DNA of 64,000 bases from Candidatus Latescibacterota bacterium (lineage in GTDB: Bacteria; Latescibacterota; UBA2968): contig OZ242320.1 of NCBI GenBank assembly GCA_965208125.1, positions 352,001 through 416,000 of the forward strand, in the 5' to 3' direction. Both the position numbers and the translations under genes were made by a program. Each line of letters begins with the position of its first letter. The stretch's first letter is position 1. Positions 51,878 to 62,179 of this stretch are shown here, piece by piece. The notes below the pieces were generated by a model. It was not told the origin of the DNA and did not search any database. It saw only the letters and a list, made by a program, of their open reading frames with translations.

Positions 51878-52533
51878 ATCTTCACCTCTTTTGGTTGAAC
51901 AACAGTAGATAAACAGGCAAATAACCCGGCGAAATCGCGGCACATATCGCCCGTATTTGACACCTTCGTTTCGCCTTCGGCTGCCAATCCCGCAAGTGCA
52001 AAAGTCAATCCCGTATGGGCATCACCGCCGGCATCGACCTCTATTCCCTCAAGACGCACAGGCCCCTGCACAACCAGGCCATCGGGCATTTCGCCTACCT
52101 TAGCCCCCATTTGACGCAAATTTTGGATTGTCAATGATAGGCGATCGATCTCTCCCTGACGCAACCCCTCTCCATCCCGAATAACCATTTCACCTGCTGC
52201 CTGTGTGCCCAACACAGCGAGAAATGGCACTTCACGAATAAATAGATCCGTCTGCTCACCCCCGATGCGCGTGCGCCGCAATTCAGACCCCTGGACTTTA
52301 ACCGTACGCGTCACTTTTGCCTTTGATCGCGTCACCTGAATATCCAATTGTGCATTCAACCGCCGCAACAAATCCAATGCGCGGCGGGTCTTCCAATCAT
52401 CGCCCACGCAGTGAAGAGTCAAATCCGACTGCGATAACATCGCCGCAGCACCGAGCAAATACAGCGTAGTCTCGGCATCCCCCGGAACATCGCACTCCCC
52501 AATAAGCCCACGCGCTTCTTTTACCTCATACAT
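51874..52533 (-). CDS. Half-size, catalytically degenerate EPSP synthase (AroA)-like protein
   Basis: Aligns by eye to the N-terminal strand plus the C-terminal half of class II AroA; 219 aa. Confidence 0.75.
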   Translation of the reverse strand: MYEVKEARGLIGECDVPGDAETTLYLLGAAAMLSQSDLTLHCVGDDWKTRRALDLLRRLNAQLDIQVTRSKAKVTRTVKVQGSELRRTRIGGEQTDLFIREVPFLAVLGTQAAGEMVIRDGEGLRQGEIDRLSLTIQNLRQMGAKVGEMPDGLVVQGPVRLEGIEVDAGGDAHTGLTFALAGLAAEGETKVSNTGDMCRDFAGLFACLSTVVQPKEVKI

Positions 52534-52544
52534 TTTTTATCCCT

Positions 52545-53654
52545 CTAACGCAACCGCACTTGGTAACCCGCATCTCGCAAAATATCGATAGACCGCTCGG
52601 CTTCCTCCTGCTGCCCAAATCCCATCCGAATCGTTCCTCCTTCGCCTTCGCGCACCTTTAGCACTTCAATATCCTCAATATTAATTCCTTCGGCAGATAG
52701 CCGCGAGGCAACATCGGCAATCACACCGGGTTTGTCCTCCACCACCAGCAAAATTTCGTGAAGCGGGTGCAAAAATCCCTTGGAATCTCTGGGAATCTCT
52801 CCGCGAATGCGATTCGCATAGTCAAAATCTTCCGATAACGCTTCCCGATCCACCTTATCTCGTATCGCCACAAGCGCGTCGAGATATGCATCGATCATCT
52901 CTCGAATAGGACCGGCATTCGTCTGACAAATATCTCGCCACATCGCAAACGGACTGGAGGCAATACGCGTCAAATCGCGGAACCCACCCGCTGCCATTTG
53001 CAGGGGAAGACCATCGGCCTCATTGAGCCTGCCCACCAATCCCACGAGTGTGGTAGCCATCATCTGCGGCAAATGGCTCACCGTCGCAGCGACCCGATCA
53101 TGGGTCTCGGCCTCCATACGCATAGAACGCGCACCAATGCATTGCACCAGTACTGCAAGCGCATCCACAATTTGATCGGGAACACCGCTTGCGGGCGTAA
53201 GCACATAAAGCGCGTTTTCAAACAAAAAGGGATCGGCTGCGCCCACGCCGCTCTTTTCCGACCCCGCCATGGGATGCCCGCCCACAAAATGCACATCTTC
53301 ACGCGCGACCCGTTCCGCACATGCGACAATCGCGCCCTTGGTGCTACCCACATCTGTGATAATACAACCCGGCGAGGCCGCTTGCACAACTGTGGGCAAC
53401 TGCTCCAGAATACGCACAATGGGCGAACACAAAAATACCAGATCTGACCGCTTTACGCCATTGTCCATTGCGTCGTATTCATAGCCACTGTCGATCACAC
53501 CGAGCGCACGGGCCTCTCGCAGGGTCTCCGCGCGGCTAATACCAATAATCTCGCGCCCAATACCCAGTCGTTTAAACGCCAGCCCCAGTGACCCACCAAT
53601 CAACCCCACACCCACAATGGCAATCGCGGCATCTCTAAACGGAGGATCATTCAT
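52545..53654 (-). CDS. tyrA: Prephenate dehydrogenase with C-terminal ACT domain
   Basis: GVGLIGGS, DVGSTK, GHPMAGSE, SHLP, GFRDLTRIA, EDKPG. Confidence 0.94.
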   Translation of the reverse strand: MNDPPFRDAAIAIVGVGLIGGSLGLAFKRLGIGREIIGISRAETLREARALGVIDSGYEYDAMDNGVKRSDLVFLCSPIVRILEQLPTVVQAASPGCIITDVGSTKGAIVACAERVAREDVHFVGGHPMAGSEKSGVGAADPFLFENALYVLTPASGVPDQIVDALAVLVQCIGARSMRMEAETHDRVAATVSHLPQMMATTLVGLVGRLNEADGLPLQMAAGGFRDLTRIASSPFAMWRDICQTNAGPIREMIDAYLDALVAIRDKVDREALSEDFDYANRIRGEIPRDSKGFLHPLHEILLVVEDKPGVIADVASRLSAEGINIEDIEVLKVREGEGGTIRMGFGQQEEAERSIDILRDAGYQVRLR

Positions 53655-53668
53655 ACAAATAACCTACC

Positions 53669-53908
53669 CTACATAAACCGGGACACGGATTCGTCACGAT
53701 TTGCTTTTGGGATAGAAACACCGTCCTCCCGGTAACACTCTTTCATCAACTCCCATGCTGCTTTCAATTCAACTAACGCCTCGTCAGGCGTCTGTCCAAA
53801 AGCCGAGACATTGGGAAGTTCCACGAAATGGGCGAGATAATCGCCATCTTCATCCAGAAACATCTTAACTGTGAATCCATCGAAGTCGTCCTGATTATTA
53901 TTTTTCAT
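53669..53908 (-). CDS. hicB: HicB family antitoxin (short, no DNA-binding domain)
   Basis: YLAHFVELPNVSAFGQTPDEAL. Confidence 0.88.
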   Translation of the reverse strand: MKNNNQDDFDGFTVKMFLDEDGDYLAHFVELPNVSAFGQTPDEALVELKAAWELMKECYREDGVSIPKANRDESVSRFM

Positions 53909-54143
53909 TTTTTGTCTCCCAATGATATTGTCTCAAAAATTGTCGAACCTGATAGCCCTTGGACATGGTACGATTGGGTTGGACTACGAGTCGGTACCCG
54001 TCGGGAGAGTACCAAACACGATGGCTTCCTCGCTGGCGGCGTTGCGTCCATCCGCATTGACGCAGGAGTCTTTCAAACTCCCTGAATTGCAAACCATTAG
54101 GATTTCGCTGAGCTTTGTCGAGCAAGGCTTCTCTTTGATCCAT
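53898..54143 (-). CDS. hicA: HicA family toxin
   Basis: GW...RQRGSHRVW, KGYQVRQ. Confidence 0.88.
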   Translation of the reverse strand: MDQREALLDKAQRNPNGLQFREFERLLRQCGWTQRRQRGSHRVWYSPDGYRLVVQPNRTMSKGYQVRQFLRQYHWETKNEK

Positions 54144-54201
54144 GCTGTCATTCTATTGAGTCCGCTTTTGGATAAACTTATGCTATAGTTGTTTCTTGCC
54201 T

Positions 54202-55227
54202 CTAAACCAAATCCGCCAGATCTTTCACAAACACTTCCGTGTCTTCCCACCCCAGGCACGGGTCAGTGATGGATTTCCCGAATATCCCTTCTTCGGGTTT
54301 TTGCGCGCCCTCCTCCAGATAACTCTCCACCATCAACCCGCGCACCACATTGTGAAGAAGCGGGGAATGGCGGCGGCTGCGCATCACCTCAAGACCAATG
54401 CGTGGCTGTTCGGAAAAAGTTTTATCTGAATTATTGTGATTGGTATCCACGATAATCGTCGGATTGCCCAACTTGCGCGCCAGGTATTGCTCGGCAACAT
54501 GCATCAAATCTTCGTAGTGATAATTGGGAATACTCCGCCCATTATACGACACCCCGCGCAACACCGCATGCGTCAACGAATTACCCGACGTACTGACTTC
54601 CCATCCATTGTGAAAAAACACATGCGGCATTTGCGCTGCATAAATGGCATTGAACATCACATCCAGATCGCCACCCGTCGGGTTTTTCATGCCCGCAGGC
54701 ACATCGACACCGCTAATGGTCAAGCGATGATTCTGATTTTCAACAGACCGCGCCCCCACGGCAATATAACTCAGCAAATCCTCCACATAGGGCAAATTCG
54801 AAGGATAGAGCATCTCATCGGCAGCCGTCAAATGCGACTCGCGGAAAGCGCGAATCTGCATCTGCCGAATCGTCTTAATCCCAACAACCATATCGGGCAT
54901 ACCTTTGGGATCGGGCTGATGGGCCATGCCCTTATACCCTTCGCCAGTCGTGCGCGGCTTATTGGTATAAATCCGCGGCACGAGCACCAGCTTGTCCATC
55001 ACCTGCTCTTGAAGCTGCGCCAGGCGATTCACATATTCACACACCGCATCGACATTGTGAGCCGAGCAAGGACCAATAACCAACAAAAACTTATCGCTCT
55101 TGCGCTCAAAAATAGCCCGAATCTCGGCATCGCGTTCATCCTTCTTAGCCTTCAAATCATCGGGCAGTGGCAAAACATCCTGGATTTCTTCTGCACTGGG
55201 AATGGGCTGAATCCGTTTGAAACTCAT
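54202..55227 (-). CDS. DAHP synthase, class I
   Basis: IGPCSAH, KPRTT, AVGARS, GMKNPT, DTNH.NS, SITDPCLGW. Confidence 0.93.
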   Translation of the reverse strand: MSFKRIQPIPSAEEIQDVLPLPDDLKAKKDERDAEIRAIFERKSDKFLLVIGPCSAHNVDAVCEYVNRLAQLQEQVMDKLVLVPRIYTNKPRTTGEGYKGMAHQPDPKGMPDMVVGIKTIRQMQIRAFRESHLTAADEMLYPSNLPYVEDLLSYIAVGARSVENQNHRLTISGVDVPAGMKNPTGGDLDVMFNAIYAAQMPHVFFHNGWEVSTSGNSLTHAVLRGVSYNGRSIPNYHYEDLMHVAEQYLARKLGNPTIIVDTNHNNSDKTFSEQPRIGLEVMRSRRHSPLLHNVVRGLMVESYLEEGAQKPEEGIFGKSITDPCLGWEDTEVFVKDLADLV

Positions 55228-55240
55228 AATAGTACCTTTT

Positions 55241-55522
55241 TTAAGACTCTGAATCTAAGTGATCTTCTTCCAACCGCAATGACTCATCGATAATCTGCCT
55301 AAAAATGCGTTGCGCTGCTTCGTGACTCAAAGGACCGCCATTCAATTCGCGAATGCGGTTGAGAATCAGAGTTTCTCGTTCAGGGACATGAAAGGGCAAA
55401 CCCTCGGCACGCTTAATTTTTCCCACAGACAGGGCACACCGGGCACGCTCATTGAGCAACTCGAGAATCTGATCATCTAAGGCATCAATTTTCTCGCGCC
55501 AGAAATCCAGATCCTTCTCCAT
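55241..55522 (-). CDS. Monofunctional chorismate mutase (AroQ type)
   Basis: REKIDALDDQILELLNERA, KIK, PERE. Confidence 0.92.
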   Translation of the reverse strand: MEKDLDFWREKIDALDDQILELLNERARCALSVGKIKRAEGLPFHVPERETLILNRIRELNGGPLSHEAAQRIFRQIIDESLRLEEDHLDSES

Positions 55523-55525
55523 AAC

Positions 55526-56329
55526 CTACACACCCTCTCCTAAAGGGCCGATCAAAGACCCGACAAAAGCACCCACCTTTGCAACCAGATCGGCATCGTG
55601 TTGGTACTCGCCAACGCGACGCACAATCGCGCTACCAACCACAACCGCATCGGCATATCGCGCAATGTCCGACACATGCTCGGGCGTTGAAATACCAAAC
55701 CCAACGGCAATGGGCATATCTGTGTACTGGCATATCGCAGACACCTTGCTTTGAATTTCATCAGCCAGAGAATCGCGCTCTCCCGTCACTCCTGTGCGCG
55801 ACACATAATAGACGAAACCCCTCGTATGCGACGCAATCAGCTTCATCCGATCATCGCGCGTAGTCGGTGTCACGAGAAAAATCGTATCCAGCCCATGCAC
55901 ATCCATCTGCGCCTTGTAATCGCTGCCCTCTTCCGGAGGCAGATCCAGCATCAGAACACCATCCACCCCCACATCTGCAGCGCGTTTTACAAAGCGCTCC
56001 ACACCGTAGCGATGAATCGGATTGTAATACGTAAACAACACAATGGGGATTTCGGTCTCATCCCGCACATCTGCAACCATAGACAACACGCCCTCGAGCG
56101 TTGCACCAGCGGCCAAAGCGCGTTGTGACGCCTCCTGAATCACGGGGCCATCAGCCAGAGGGTCTGAAAAGGGAACACCCAATTCCAGGACATCCACACC
56201 TCGCCGATCCAATTCCAACACCACCTGATGCGTGGTATTTAAATCCGGATCACCCGCCGTAATATATGCGACAAAGCCCGTCCTGCCCGCTTTTCTCAAG
56301 TCTTCAAATCGCCGTCCAATCCGCGTCAT
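55526..56329 (-). CDS. trpA: Tryptophan synthase alpha chain
   Basis: [30 protein letters not shown]. Confidence 0.97.
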   Translation of the reverse strand: MTRIGRRFEDLRKAGRTGFVAYITAGDPDLNTTHQVVLELDRRGVDVLELGVPFSDPLADGPVIQEASQRALAAGATLEGVLSMVADVRDETEIPIVLFTYYNPIHRYGVERFVKRAADVGVDGVLMLDLPPEEGSDYKAQMDVHGLDTIFLVTPTTRDDRMKLIASHTRGFVYYVSRTGVTGERDSLADEIQSKVSAICQYTDMPIAVGFGISTPEHVSDIARYADAVVVGSAIVRRVGEYQHDADLVAKVGAFVGSLIGPLGEGV

Positions 56330-57531
56330 CTCACTCCTTCTATAAACCGCGCCGCCTGTTGCACATCTTTATCTCCGCGTCCCGATAAATTGACAACCAC
56401 AATCTGATCTCGACTCATCTCCGGAGCCAGCTTGCAAACATGGGCAATAGCGTGTGAACTCTCCAAAGCGGGAATAATCCCTTCGGTATGACTGAGCAAC
56501 TCAAAAGCACTGAGCGCTTCCTCATCCGTCGCATACGTATAAGCCGTACGAGACATATCCCGCAAATAGCAATGCTCTGGCCCCACGCCCGAATAATCGA
56601 GACCAGCCGACACCGAATGTGTCAATGCGATTTGCCCATCATCATCTTGCAACACATAAATGCGCGCACCGTGCAAAACCCCCAAATCGCCGCCATTAAA
56701 CCGCGCGGCATGCTCGCCAGACTCAATACCGTGCCCGCCAGCCTCCACGCCGATCATCTGCACATCGGCATCATCCAAAAAAGCGTGAAACAACCCGATA
56801 GAATTGCTTCCCCCGCCCACACATGCGACGAGCACATCGGGCAATCGGCCTTCTCTCTCCAAAATTTGAGCACGGGCTTCAACGCCAATAACCCGCTGAA
56901 AATCGCGCACAATCATCGGATACGGATGCGGTCCCAAAACCGAACCAAAAATGTAAAACGTATCCTCCACATTGGTCACCCAGTCGCGAATAGCCTCATT
57001 AATCGCATCCTTAAGGGTTTTACTACCCGAATGGACACCCGTAACTTTCGCTCCCAAAAGCCGCATGCGAAACACATTGAGCGCTTGCCGTTCCATATCT
57101 TCAACACCCATGTAAATTTCGCATTTGAGACCGAACATCGCAGCCACAGTTGCCGTTGCCACGCCGTGTTGCCCGGCACCAGTCTCGGCAATAATCCGCG
57201 TTTTGCCCATTCGGTTGGCGAGCAAAATCTGCCCCATGGCGTGATTGATTTTATGCGCTCCCGTATGGGCGAGGTCTTCGCGCTTGAAATAAATTTTAGG
57301 CCCGCCGAGTTCTTCTGTCAACCGCTCCGCAAAATAAAGCGGCGTGGGCCGCCCGACATAATCGCGCAAATATTGATCCAGTTCAGCCCAAAAATCGGGA
57401 TCCCGCTTTGCCTCCTGATAAGCCGCCTCCAGGTCTTGCAACAGCGCCATAAGCGTCTCGGGCACATACTGCCCACCATAAGGCCCAAAATGCCCGCGCG
57501 CATCGGGCAAATCACTCGCGTTTACAGCCAT
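56326..57531 (-). CDS. trpB: Tryptophan synthase beta chain
   Basis: [32 protein letters not shown]; start set at MAVNA. Confidence 0.97.
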   Translation of the reverse strand: MAVNASDLPDARGHFGPYGGQYVPETLMALLQDLEAAYQEAKRDPDFWAELDQYLRDYVGRPTPLYFAERLTEELGGPKIYFKREDLAHTGAHKINHAMGQILLANRMGKTRIIAETGAGQHGVATATVAAMFGLKCEIYMGVEDMERQALNVFRMRLLGAKVTGVHSGSKTLKDAINEAIRDWVTNVEDTFYIFGSVLGPHPYPMIVRDFQRVIGVEARAQILEREGRLPDVLVACVGGGSNSIGLFHAFLDDADVQMIGVEAGGHGIESGEHAARFNGGDLGVLHGARIYVLQDDDGQIALTHSVSAGLDYSGVGPEHCYLRDMSRTAYTYATDEEALSAFELLSHTEGIIPALESSHAIAHVCKLAPEMSRDQIVVVNLSGRGDKDVQQAARFIEGVR

Positions 57532-57544
57532 ATTGTATATCCCC

Positions 57545-58522
57545 TTAAATATCACCAACCACGCGGTCATAAAATGCCAGATACTGATCGCAGTCATCAC
57601 CATCGAGCAATGCCATTGCCTCGCGGGGATGCTGGTTGTGCTGGCCCGTGATGTTATAGGGCACCAGAGGTCCCCACGTCATTTCGCTGCGCAACTTGAC
57701 AAAATGATCTTCCAGCAACTTATAGACGGGACGGATCTTAAACTTGGGATTCCGCAAAAAACCGAGCAATAATTCCATGGGACAATTGCCCGCACCGCGC
57801 CCCAATCCATCCACTGTAGCGTCAATCCGATTGGCCCCTAAAATAATGGCCTCAATAGTATTGGCAAATGCCAGTTGCTGATTATTGTGCGCGTGAATAC
57901 CCACCTCTTTGCCCGAGCCTTTGGTCGCTTCCATGTATTTTCGCACGAGCATATCGACCTGCTCGCGATACAGCGCACCGAAACTATCTACAACGCAAAT
58001 CGTGCCCACAGGGGTTTCCATCAGCACCTCTAACGCCTGATCAATCTCGACATCTTGCACCGTCGAAATCGCCATAATATTACAACTCGTTTCATACCCC
58101 TTCTCGTGGGCATCGAGCAACATTTCGACAGTCTCGGGAATCTGCTCGACATAACACGCCACGCGCACCATATCGACCACGCTCTCGCTGGCTGGCAGAA
58201 TATCTTCGGCCCAATCGCTTTTGCCCGCATCGGCCATAATTGCGAGTTTCATCCCTGTCGCTTCGGGATCGTGATCCCCAGTAATTTTGCGAATATCCTC
58301 TTCATCGCTGTGGCGAAACGCACCAAAATCTCTTTTGGGGAACATCTCCTTGGAGTTTCGGTACCCAATTTCCATATAGTCAACACCCGCCGCGACACAG
58401 GTTTCATACACGGCCTTCACAAAATCATCATCAAAATGATGATCATTCATCAAACCGCCATCGCGGATCGTACAATCGAGGACCTTGAGTTCCGGGCGGT
58501 AAGTAATCCAGGGGGCTTTCAT
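57545..58522 (-). CDS. DRE-TIM (HMGL-like / 4-hydroxy-2-oxovalerate aldolase-like) enzyme
   Basis: [29 protein letters not shown]. Confidence 0.85.
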   Translation of the reverse strand: MKAPWITYRPELKVLDCTIRDGGLMNDHHFDDDFVKAVYETCVAAGVDYMEIGYRNSKEMFPKRDFGAFRHSDEEDIRKITGDHDPEATGMKLAIMADAGKSDWAEDILPASESVVDMVRVACYVEQIPETVEMLLDAHEKGYETSCNIMAISTVQDVEIDQALEVLMETPVGTICVVDSFGALYREQVDMLVRKYMEATKGSGKEVGIHAHNNQQLAFANTIEAIILGANRIDATVDGLGRGAGNCPMELLLGFLRNPKFKIRPVYKLLEDHFVKLRSEMTWGPLVPYNITGQHNQHPREAMALLDGDDCDQYLAFYDRVVGDI

Positions 58523-58569
58523 AAAGAAAATCCTTTCTTAATTTGAGAAATCGACAAAATGATCATACC

Positions 58570-59481
58570 TCATTGACTGTGAACAATGTAAATATGACTG
58601 GAATAGTTCATATTCCGATTGGCCTTGAGATTTGAAATAAAACCTGTGACAAAAGCTTTGATGAGCGCTATGGAACCGTGCTTCCCCTTGTTTTTGTATT
58701 TCTCGCTGAGGAGAGACACGTAAAAAGCGTCCAGTTTCATAGGTATCTTTTCCCGAATCACAAATCTCTGGTTGGACAACAGCCTTTGTAAAGTCGAGTG
58801 AGAAAAATGCCAGAAGTGTCTGGGAACATCATAACCTGCCCAGTATTTGCCATAATATTGTGCATCAAAAGATTCGAAATTGGGCACAGCGATAAAAATC
58901 AGCCCATCATCAGCGAGTAATAACTTCAGATCAGCGAGCAACTTATTGGGATCCGGTACATGTTCCAGCACATGCCACAGTGTGATCACATCCAACTTTT
59001 TGTGCTCTATATCCTCTAACTTTTCTCTAACCAAGCGTCTTCCTGGCCCCAATAACTGGTTGGCTCTATCTCTCGCCAGGGCAGATGGTTCCATCCCCAG
59101 AACCTCCCATCCGCGCTTATCCATATAGGCGAGAAATTCTCCGGATCCACAACCATAATCGAGTAATCTTCCCTCTTTTTTTTTTCTTGCGATAAGCCGA
59201 TATTTCCATCGGAGAGTACGTGTTCTCACTCCTAAATAGATGAAATCCAGGATGCTTTGAGTTTTTCCTGTATGGGATATGTAATCGGGTGATTCATAAA
59301 AGTTGTGAATGCATTTCGCATCTGGCCGTGGATTGGTAAAATGAAAATTACAAAGAACACACTTTTGTATGTCAAAATGCTCATGGCTATAAGTATAGTC
59401 TTCACAGGTCAGAACATTCTCAAATTCCTTTCCCTTGCATACAGGGCAGATTTTTAACAGTTCCTGCTGCAATCCTTTCAT
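58570..59481 (-). CDS. Class I SAM-dependent methyltransferase with N-terminal Zn-ribbon (Bacteroidota type)
   Basis: CPVC...CVLC, YISHT, LLDYGCGSG, LWHVLEH, YDVPRH; ATG overlaps the tyrS TGA. Confidence 0.88.
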   Translation of the reverse strand: MKGLQQELLKICPVCKGKEFENVLTCEDYTYSHEHFDIQKCVLCNFHFTNPRPDAKCIHNFYESPDYISHTGKTQSILDFIYLGVRTRTLRWKYRLIARKKKEGRLLDYGCGSGEFLAYMDKRGWEVLGMEPSALARDRANQLLGPGRRLVREKLEDIEHKKLDVITLWHVLEHVPDPNKLLADLKLLLADDGLIFIAVPNFESFDAQYYGKYWAGYDVPRHFWHFSHSTLQRLLSNQRFVIREKIPMKLDAFYVSLLSEKYKNKGKHGSIALIKAFVTGFISNLKANRNMNYSSHIYIVHSQ

Positions 59482-60743
59482 CACGCCGACCACCTGACCA
59501 GAAAGTAGCGGCGTTTACCGCGGCGCATCACCAGGTATTTACCAGCCAGTCTTTCAGAAGGCTCTAAAATATAGCCCATATCTGTACACCGTTGCCCATT
59601 GATATAAATGGCACCGGTCCTGATATCTTCGCGGGCTTGTCGCCTGGACGATGAAATCCGCGCATCCACGAGCAAATCTATCAAACCCACTTCATCAGCA
59701 CCATTGAGCGCGTAAGATGGCACATCGCTAAACCCTTCCGCAATCTCCTGTTCATTCAAATCCCGCAAATTGCCGTAAAACAGCGCCTCGGAAATATGCA
59801 CGGCGCGGGCCTTTGCGGCTGCACCGTGGATAAAAGTTGTCACCTCTTCGGCCAACACGCGCTGCGCCTCGCGCTTCTCGGGCCTCGCCTGCACTTCTCG
59901 TTCCAATTCCTCTATGCGTTCACGGCTCAAAAAAGTGAATAACTTCAAAAATTTCACCACATCGCGATCTGCTGCATTCACCCAAAACTGATAAAACTGA
60001 TAGGGCGATGTCCTTTCGGGATCGAGCCATAATGTTCCCGTCTCAGTCTTGCCAAACTTTGTCCCATCCGATTTTTCCAGCAACGGGAAAGTCAACCCAT
60101 ACACAGTCTTATTGAGCATGCGCCGACACAACTCTATGCCCGCCGTAATATTGCCCCACTGATCGCTACCCCCGATCTGAAGCTCACAGCCATACTCCCG
60201 GTTCAACTCCATAAAGTCATACGCCTGCAAAACCATATAACTAAATTCAGTAAAAGAAATCCCGGTTGAAAGACGCGACGACACCGACTCTTTGCCCAGC
60301 ATATATCCCATTGAAAAGTGTTTGCCCACATCGCGCAAAAATTCAATCGTACGCAACTCTGAAAGCCAGGTATAATTGCTCACCATCAGTGCCGAATTGT
60401 GCACAGCCTCAAAATCCAGATACTTTTCCAATTGCGCGCGCTGGCGCTCGGTATATGCCTGCACCACCTCCAGTGAATTCAACTGTCGCTCTTCTGCTTT
60501 CCCACTCGGATCGCCAATCAATCCCGTGCCACCACCCACGAGTGCAATGGGCTTGTGCCCCGCATCTTGAAAACGACGCAATCCCATAATAGGAACCAGA
60601 CTGCCCGCATGCAGACTATCGGCAGTGGGATCAAATCCACAATACAATGTCATCTGTCCCTCTGCCAAACGCCTGCGGAGCCTATCCTCATCTGTCATCT
60701 GAAAAATATAGCCACGAAATGCCAAATCGTCTAATACATCCAC
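59481..60743 (-). CDS. tyrS: Tyrosine--tRNA ligase
   Basis: GFDPTADSLHAG, IGDPSG, QIGGSDQWGNI, KFGKT. Confidence 0.97.
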   Translation of the reverse strand: MDVLDDLAFRGYIFQMTDEDRLRRRLAEGQMTLYCGFDPTADSLHAGSLVPIMGLRRFQDAGHKPIALVGGGTGLIGDPSGKAEERQLNSLEVVQAYTERQRAQLEKYLDFEAVHNSALMVSNYTWLSELRTIEFLRDVGKHFSMGYMLGKESVSSRLSTGISFTEFSYMVLQAYDFMELNREYGCELQIGGSDQWGNITAGIELCRRMLNKTVYGLTFPLLEKSDGTKFGKTETGTLWLDPERTSPYQFYQFWVNAADRDVVKFLKLFTFLSRERIEELEREVQARPEKREAQRVLAEEVTTFIHGAAAKARAVHISEALFYGNLRDLNEQEIAEGFSDVPSYALNGADEVGLIDLLVDARISSSRRQAREDIRTGAIYINGQRCTDMGYILEPSERLAGKYLVMRRGKRRYFLVRWSA

Positions 60744-60764
60744 GTTTTTATCTCCATATTCATA

Positions 60765-61373
60765 TCACGCCTTTACGCGCGCCAAAAAATCCTTCACTTT
60801 TTTGTGATCCTTCTTCCCCGGCTCGGCTTCTACGCCACTACTCGTATCCACCGCATACGGACCAACTCGCTCAATCGCCTCCCGAATATTATCCGGATTT
60901 AGCCCACCGGCAAGAATAATGCGCCCATACTCTTTTGCCTCCACCGCCTTTGTCCAGTCAAATATCTCCCCTGTACCGCCGTAAGAACCCGCTTTCTCTG
61001 TATCCAATAAGAAAGTATTGACCAGATATGATAGCAGAGTCTGCACATTGAAATCGCGTCCCACGCGAAGCGCGCGAATCACCGGAACCGCATGCCCCAG
61101 ACACGCTTCGGGCGGCTCATCCCCGTGCAATTGAATCGCCCGCAGCCCCGCCAACTTCACGGCTATATCAATCTCTCGCTCCGATGCATTTACAAACACC
61201 CCTACAGGAGTCACAAATGGCGGCAAATCAAAAATAATTTCTCCGGCTTTCTCGGGTGCGATATAGCGAAGACTCTTCTCGTAAAAATTAAATCCCAGAG
61301 CATCCGCGCCATTATCAACCGCGCACAGCGCATCATCCCGATTTGTAACACCGCAAATTTTAGCTCGCACCAT
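60765..61373 (-). CDS. trpF: Phosphoribosylanthranilate isomerase
   Basis: KICG, QLHGDE, GGTG, LAGGL, SSGVE. Confidence 0.96.
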   Translation of the reverse strand: MVRAKICGVTNRDDALCAVDNGADALGFNFYEKSLRYIAPEKAGEIIFDLPPFVTPVGVFVNASEREIDIAVKLAGLRAIQLHGDEPPEACLGHAVPVIRALRVGRDFNVQTLLSYLVNTFLLDTEKAGSYGGTGEIFDWTKAVEAKEYGRIILAGGLNPDNIREAIERVGPYAVDTSSGVEAEPGKKDHKKVKDFLARVKA

Positions 61374-62154
61374 ACCCCATCAACTCCTTCAACTTGGCGG
61401 CAATATCCGATTCTCGCATCAAACTCTCGCCCACCAGCACGGCATCTGCGCCCGCATCTCGAAGCGCGACAACATCCTCGCGCGTATAAATACCGCTTTC
61501 ACTCACCTTCAAAACCTCATCGGGTATGTGATCGATCAATCCATAAGTCGTATCCAGAGACGTATCAAAAGTTTTCAAATTCCGATTGTTAATCCCAACA
61601 ATCTCTGCCCCAACATCGAGCGCTACCATCAGTTCTTCTCTCTCGTGCACCTCCACCACCGCATCCAGCCCCAATGCCCGACTCGTCGCTATAAATAAGG
61701 ACAATTCTTCAGGCGTTAAAATCGACACAATCAACAACACAGCCGATGCCCCAATCGCACGCGCCTCGTAAATCTGATAGGGATCAATCGTGAAATCCTT
61801 TCGCAAAATGGGCCGATCTACAACTGTTGAAATCTGAGTCAAATAATCTGCCGACCCCTGAAAAAATTTCTCATCCGTCAATACCGAAAGCGCCGAAGCC
61901 CCATTTTTCACATAAACCTTCGCAATATCCACCGCGTCAAAATCCCCTCGGATCACGCCCTTAGATGGCGAAGCCTTTTTGACCTCGGCGATCACAGCAA
62001 TATCGTCCCCATCTATCAGCCCATCAAAAAACGAAGGCGGTTCTGGCACATCTTCTGCCAATCGCGCCATCTCTTCAAACGGCGTCTGCGCCATACACCT
62101 GGCGAGAAATTCGCGTTTATACGCCACAATTTTATCGAGAATATTGCCGGCCAT
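61360..62154 (-). CDS. trpC: Indole-3-glycerol phosphate synthase
   Basis: IAEVKKASPSKG, LRKDF, GINNRNL, ESGI. Confidence 0.97.
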   Translation of the reverse strand: MAGNILDKIVAYKREFLARCMAQTPFEEMARLAEDVPEPPSFFDGLIDGDDIAVIAEVKKASPSKGVIRGDFDAVDIAKVYVKNGASALSVLTDEKFFQGSADYLTQISTVVDRPILRKDFTIDPYQIYEARAIGASAVLLIVSILTPEELSLFIATSRALGLDAVVEVHEREELMVALDVGAEIVGINNRNLKTFDTSLDTTYGLIDHIPDEVLKVSESGIYTREDVVALRDAGADAVLVGESLMRESDIAAKLKELMGYGAS

Positions 62155-62179
62155 AAAGTCCCACCATCCTCAGACAGTG

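Noticed and set aside
54436-57651. Long plus-strand ORFs (285 and 387 aa) opposite DAHP synthase and trpB
   Set aside because: Antisense shadows of conserved genes with no family motifs.
59177-59185. Poly-T run (poly-A on the coding strand) in the methyltransferase as a phase-variation or frameshift site
   Set aside because: The frame is intact and the run encodes consecutive lysines; nothing else supports slippage.
60744-60764. T-box or attenuator before tyrS or the trp genes
   Set aside because: Intergenic gaps are only about 20 bp; any leader would lie beyond the right edge of the window.
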